64,000 nt of DNA from a virus, in IMG/VR virus record IMGVR_UViG_3300043411_001170, positions 1-64,000 of that record; one strand, 5' to 3'. The notes beneath the pieces are model-generated. The model was not told where the DNA came from. It searched no databases and saw only the letters and a list, made by a program, of their open reading frames with translations. The position numbers and the translations under genes are program-made. Shown in pieces: positions 59,585-64,000 of this stretch. Every line of letters starts with the position of its first letter. The first letter of the stretch is position 1.

Positions 59585-59608
59585 ATTACTAAAAGGATAT
59601 AAATACTT

Positions 59609-60610
59609 ATGCCTATAAAACTTCTGTGGCGAACAGATATGCATTGTTCAGATAGAACCCCGTCATATAGAACAGATAATTGGATGGAGGTTATATCTGA
59701 TAAGCTAATGCAGATAAGTAGGATTGTAAATAAAGAGGAAATCGATGCGGTTATTGACGGTGGAGATGTGTTTGATAAGAAATCTCCGTCTATGAACTCA
59801 CATAGTATGGTTAGACAGTTAGCTGATATCCATAATAAATTCTATAATTGTAAAGTCTATTGTAATGTTGGAAATCATGATTGTGTTTATGGTGATATAG
59901 CTCACATTGATTCACAGCCGTTGGGAGTTTTATTTTCTACAGGTGTATTCAAAAGACTTTATTATGAGAATGAATTGGTTCTTATTAAAGACGGAATCAA
60001 AGTTAGAGTAGTAGGTGTACCATATCACGGCGTAAAATATGATTTAGAAAAATTAAATATTAAAAAGGGAGACGAAGACTATTTAGTTATCAATGCTCAT
60101 CTACTTGCGTCGAAGCAAGGTGGGTCAATGTTTGAGTCCGAAGATATCGTATCATATGATTATCTTTCTGAATTAGATGCAGATGTATGGTGTTTTGGTC
60201 ATTGGCATAAAGATCAAGGGATTACAGAGATTGCTTCTAATAAATATGTGGTAAATGTTGGGAGTTTGACGAGAGGATCTATTGCAGAGGATCACCTAAC
60301 AAGATCTCCTTGTGTAGTGAATTTAATTTTTTCTAAGTCAGGGATTAAAATAAATCGAATAGATTTGGAAGTAAAACCTGCTTCAGTTTGTTTTGATATC
60401 GAAAGAAAAGAGAGTGTCACTGATAAAAAGCAGTTTATAGATAACTTTGTTAATATATTGAAGAATTCTAAATTCAAAACAGATCGGTCTAGTATCTATG
60501 ATAATATAAGATCTTGGTATAATAATAGTGATGCTCATAAGGATTATATTGACGTGGTTAAAGAAAGAGCGATAATTCTTGTAGAAGAGGCGGAAAAAAA
60601 TGCTCGATGA
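59609..60610 (+). CDS. sbcD: SbcD/Mre11-like nuclease
   Basis: TDMH, GGDVFD, GNHD, NAH, GHWH, NVGSLTR. Confidence 0.88.
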   Translation: MPIKLLWRTDMHCSDRTPSYRTDNWMEVISDKLMQISRIVNKEEIDAVIDGGDVFDKKSPSMNSHSMVRQLADIHNKFYNCKVYCNVGNHDCVYGDIAHIDSQPLGVLFSTGVFKRLYYENELVLIKDGIKVRVVGVPYHGVKYDLEKLNIKKGDEDYLVINAHLLASKQGGSMFESEDIVSYDYLSELDADVWCFGHWHKDQGITEIASNKYVVNVGSLTRGSIAEDHLTRSPCVVNLIFSKSGIKINRIDLEVKPASVCFDIERKESVTDKKQFIDNFVNILKNSKFKTDRSSIYDNIRSWYNNSDAHKDYIDVVKERAIILVEEAEKNAR

Positions 60611-61553
60611 TAAAAGAGGAAAACGCGACGTTGCTCCTGATAGTTCACATTACGTTATGCGATGGGTTTATTATAGTGAATATAATTCGTGCCCGCAGAA
60701 GTATTTATGGAATTGGGGGCATGAAGAAATTGATTTAGGGAATGGATTAGGAAATCCAAAAACACCTACTGATCTGTTATCGTCTCATGATTCTGCAATG
60801 GGAATAGCCATTGCCTATGCTATTGAAAAATTTTATAATGAATCATTGTGGAAAGCATCTACAATGGAGGAAATGAAAATAAAATTAAAGAAAATAGCTG
60901 TCGATAAATTAAAAGAGGAATGTGAAAATAACTATATTAATTGGGCAGCATGTCCTAGTTTATCGGAAATGGAAGTAATATGTACAGAAGGTGTTTATAG
61001 CTTTTTAACTACGTTAAAAGGAAATAAGTTACTAAGTAGTAATACAAAATCTGAGATTATTTTACGTCATCTTGTAGATGATGAGTTCTATATCAAAGGG
61101 ACATTAGATATTCTTATTGAGAAAGACGATAACTATACTATATTAGATGGGAAAAATACCAAGTATAGAGAGAAGTATCTAAAGAAAGAACAACTACTAT
61201 ATTATGCTTTACTTGTATACTTAAATTCATCTAAATTAGTTGAAAGAATTGGGTGGTTATACTATAGATTTCCTTATATTGAGGGGAATCCAGAGGAAAA
61301 GGGAGTTAAATGGGTAGATTATACTTTATTAGACTTAGAGATTTTAATGGGGAAAGTAAAATCTACTTGGGAAGGTATTAAGAATAAAAGATTTGATCCT
61401 ACACCTTCCAGCTTTGAATGTAGATTTTGTCCGTTTCAAACAGGGTGTACTTCTAGGCATGTTCCAAAAAAGAGAAATCCAAAAGAACATGAATTAGAAG
61501 TGGTAAAAACAGACATAAAAAACGGAAAAAAAATAGTCTCATTTGATGACTAA
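60600..61553 (+). CDS. PD-(D/E)XK exonuclease, AddB/Cas4-like with Fe-S cysteines
   Basis: SCPQKY, GTLD, ILDGK, QLLYYAL, CRFCPFQTGC. Confidence 0.85.
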   Translation: MLDDKRGKRDVAPDSSHYVMRWVYYSEYNSCPQKYLWNWGHEEIDLGNGLGNPKTPTDLLSSHDSAMGIAIAYAIEKFYNESLWKASTMEEMKIKLKKIAVDKLKEECENNYINWAACPSLSEMEVICTEGVYSFLTTLKGNKLLSSNTKSEIILRHLVDDEFYIKGTLDILIEKDDNYTILDGKNTKYREKYLKKEQLLYYALLVYLNSSKLVERIGWLYYRFPYIEGNPEEKGVKWVDYTLLDLEILMGKVKSTWEGIKNKRFDPTPSSFECRFCPFQTGCTSRHVPKKRNPKEHELEVVKTDIKNGKKIVSFDD

Positions 61554-61567
61554 ACGGAGTAATACCT

Positions 61568-61837
61568 ATGGATATTAAAGAAACAAAAGAAACAATTATC
61601 TCTTTATCTAATCAGAGAGATAAATTAGCGTCGGATATACAACGATTAGCTATTAAAAAAGAAGAGGCTGAGAAAAATCTAAAGTTATTGGAAGAAAAAT
61701 GTGTAGACCTTGGATTTGATCCATCTACCTTGGGCAATGAGATTGAAAAATTAGAGGAAAAATGTACGGCTATGGTCAATGATTTAGCGACCAAACTTAA
61801 AAAAGTAGAAGAGAGAATCAAGGTATTTAAGGATTAA
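61568..61837 (+). CDS. small coiled-coil protein
   Basis: 89 aa helix-(LGFDP)-helix, GGAG RBS. Confidence 0.7.
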   Translation: MDIKETKETIISLSNQRDKLASDIQRLAIKKEEAEKNLKLLEEKCVDLGFDPSTLGNEIEKLEEKCTAMVNDLATKLKKVEERIKVFKD

Positions 61838-61924
61838 TCTCTTATTGCAAATTAACAGAGTAAATAGATATTATAGAAGGTTCCCCGCTTTGCGGGGTTT
61901 TCTCAAAAAAGAAGGAAGAAGAAC

Positions 61925-63136
61925 ATGTCGAAGTTTGCGTTTACGGTAGAAGCAGGGTTATTGAAGGATGTTGTCAAGTACTTGTCTAGGTCAGTTGCAC
62001 GGGGCGAATCGACACACGTGTCATCTCACTTCGTATTTAAAAAATATGAAGGATCTAGCGGTCTTAATGCAAGTTCCTTTAATGGTAATTTCTTTTGCGC
62101 TGTAGACATTACGGAAATGGGTCTTGATCCGAGCCTTGCGTTTGGATTTACATTGGAGGCAAAAAGATTCTCTGATGCTGTGTCTCTTTTGAAAGATAAA
62201 GACGCTGTAAACTTTTTGTTGGACGACTATATTTCGAGTTCTCCAAAAATTACGGTAAAAACAACTACAGGTAGAATTAAATTCCAGTCGATGAATTGGG
62301 AAGATGCTCCAGACTGGAAGGCATTTACATTTAAGTCGTCTATCTCTCTTGATATTGAATTACTTAAAGATTCGTTTGGTTTTTGTTCTAACTTTTGTAA
62401 AAATCTACCGCAGAATCCATCAATCAGTATTATTGAGTGTGTTGACGGTACGGTAAAATCAACAGATGGTGTTGTTATTGCCCAGGTTAAATGTGTTGAT
62501 TTTGACGGGATTTCGTTAAAGACTCACATTAATAACTATCCTACATTAAAACATGCCTTGTCATTTGCCAAAACTAATTCAAAAGTACAAGTACAAGAGT
62601 CGGAGAATGGATCTGTAACTTTTTATAGTTACACGAATGACGACGGCCCTCTACAGAATTTTTGTTTTGGTGAAACAAAAGTCCTTTATTCTATCCCAGA
62701 AGAAAAAACAAAATGGGATGATGTGTGTGACGGTTATTTATCAGTTGCAAAGAACGATCTGTTAACGGCCTTAAATTTTATTAATTGCGGGTCGGTTGTA
62801 ACAAACACAAGCCCTGTACAATTTGTTTCTGTGAGCACTAATGAGGGTAAGTTGGTATTAGAAATGGCATCTAATATTGATGACGAACCTTGTGTTGGTG
62901 AAGTTAATCTAGAAACAGATCCAGTTCTTGAAAACGATGCCGTTCAAGTTATGAATCTTCAAAAGTGCTTATTTTCTTTTAAAGACCTACTCAACGTTAT
63001 TAAGAACATGAAAACTGATAATGTTGTAGCTATGGTGTATGCTAGTGACAAAAATGTTGTTCTGTGCTTTAGATCTTTTACGACGGGACTAAAATATCAA
63101 GTGACTTTAGGTGGATTTATTAAACCTGCCGAATAA
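61925..63136 (+). CDS. dnaN: DNA polymerase III beta-like sliding clamp
   Basis: ~400 aa with three similar alpha/beta domains; STDG motif, FSFKDLLNVIKNM pattern; replication context. Confidence 0.7.
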   Translation: MSKFAFTVEAGLLKDVVKYLSRSVARGESTHVSSHFVFKKYEGSSGLNASSFNGNFFCAVDITEMGLDPSLAFGFTLEAKRFSDAVSLLKDKDAVNFLLDDYISSSPKITVKTTTGRIKFQSMNWEDAPDWKAFTFKSSISLDIELLKDSFGFCSNFCKNLPQNPSISIIECVDGTVKSTDGVVIAQVKCVDFDGISLKTHINNYPTLKHALSFAKTNSKVQVQESENGSVTFYSYTNDDGPLQNFCFGETKVLYSIPEEKTKWDDVCDGYLSVAKNDLLTALNFINCGSVVTNTSPVQFVSVSTNEGKLVLEMASNIDDEPCVGEVNLETDPVLENDAVQVMNLQKCLFSFKDLLNVIKNMKTDNVVAMVYASDKNVVLCFRSFTTGLKYQVTLGGFIKPAE

Positions 63137-63155
63137 TTAAGTATCTTTAACCAGA

Positions 63156-63189
63156 CATAAAAGGACCGTAATCGGTCCTTTTATGTTTA
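63156..63189 (+). terminator. intrinsic terminator
   Basis: CATAAAAGGACC/GGTCCTTTTATG stem. Confidence 0.75.
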
Positions 63190-63201
63190 TAGGAGTATAA
63201 A

Positions 63202-63828
63202 ATGTTGGAAATGTTTGACTCGTTAAAAAACGATATTTTAGTAATTGACTCAAAAGTAAAGAATCTGAATAAGACGGTTGTATCATTAGTAGATAGGATT
63301 AGTTTTCTAGAGAAAGAAGAAAAAATATTAACATTGGTATCTGCGTTATACCAGAAAATGATAGATAGTTGTTTGACAGAGAATAAAGATGTATTAAGAG
63401 ATCTGATGAAAGAAGCTATGAGAAGTGTATTTGTAGATCAAGATATAGATGTTGATGTTGAATTGGGGATGGATAGGAAAAAAGTTTCTATGGAATTAGT
63501 AACCATTACAAAAAATAAAGATGGTAGAGTAGTAAAGGGAAATGCAAATGAGTCGTTTGGTGGATCGCTAGCAACAATTCAGTCTCTAGTTCTCCGTATC
63601 TTAGTCACTCTAAAACGAGGATTACGCCCCGTCATTTTTATAGACGAGGGATTATCTGCGTTAGAAGATGATTACGCATCGAAAACAGGTTCTTTTTTGA
63701 AGATACTTTGTAACAGGTTAAATATTGATATTCTTATAATTACACATAGTACTGCTTTGTTCGATGAAGGTGATAAGAGATATATAGCAATCCCTACTAA
63801 AAAGAATGTTATATTCAAACCTGTTTAA
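63202..63828 (+). CDS. SbcC/Rad50-like ATPase, C-terminal half
   Basis: coiled coil, signature-like SFGGS, Walker B/D-loop IFIDEGLSALE, H-loop IITH; no Walker A. Confidence 0.85.
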   Translation: MLEMFDSLKNDILVIDSKVKNLNKTVVSLVDRISFLEKEEKILTLVSALYQKMIDSCLTENKDVLRDLMKEAMRSVFVDQDIDVDVELGMDRKKVSMELVTITKNKDGRVVKGNANESFGGSLATIQSLVLRILVTLKRGLRPVIFIDEGLSALEDDYASKTGSFLKILCNRLNIDILIITHSTALFDEGDKRYIAIPTKKNVIFKPV

Positions 63829-63838
63829 AGGATATGAT

Positions 63839-64000
63839 ATGAAGTCGGAATCAGATGTAAGAAATAAATTAAAAGAAGTTAAATACAGATACTTAAAGAA
63901 AAATATAAAGCAAAAAAGAAAACATATCCCACAAAATTGTAGTTTTAATGCAGAATTAGTCTCGTCTAAGGACGAGGCTAGCGCTATTAGTATCTGTACA
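63839..64000 (+). CDS. 5' part of a basic hypothetical protein (MKSESDVRNKLKEVKYRYLKK...)
   Basis: AGGA RBS, open to the window edge. Confidence 0.6.
   Translation, partial: MKSESDVRNKLKEVKYRYLKKNIKQKRKHIPQNCSFNAELVSSKDEASAISICT

Noticed and set aside
60600-61553. Cas4-like nuclease as a sign of CRISPR-Cas
   Set aside because: No repeat-spacer array or other cas genes seen; context is recombination
1-64000. Alternative genetic code (stop-codon reassignment), as in some large phages
   Set aside because: Coding density is high under the standard code; TAA, TGA and TAG all end genes directly before the next start or a terminator

Overview
AT-rich, densely coding segment that reads as a large (jumbo-type) tailed-phage genome in the standard genetic code. 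It has no rRNA, intact tRNA or CRISPR array. Layout: (1) 1-6.9 kb, minus-strand virion/tail module with two paralogous structural proteins, a small LRR protein and a tail fibre/spike with three tandem beta-helix modules. (2) 7-18.8 kb, accessory and nucleotide-metabolism genes: guanylate kinase, LRR protein, probable FtsH-ternary-system X6/X5-like pair, metallophosphoesterase, HNH, GIY-YIG, double-domain ThyX. (3) 18.8-46.3 kb, mostly orphan proteins, many with a short (K/R)-x-A leader motif, plus two giant proteins (2747 and 1635 aa), HU, a solo TnpB with omegaRNA, a spanin-like pair, GroEL, a second HU-like protein and a C39 peptidase. (4) 46.3-48.6 kb, a sigma-like gene and a 1.3 kb non-coding gap holding an ornate ~500-nt structured RNA on the minus strand. 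(5) 49-64 kb, replication/recombination cluster: clamp-loader delta'/delta-like, IF-1, RecD2-like helicase, SSB, RuvC, RecA, a split SbcC/Rad50 with SbcD/Mre11, a PD-(D/E)XK nuclease and a beta clamp. Strongest leads: the unassigned large ncRNA, the shared KxA leader (candidate capsid cargo-loading/processing signal), the split Rad50, a pseudoknot in the SSB leader, and phage-borne FtsH-ternary components. All family calls come from reading motifs by eye; no database searches were run.
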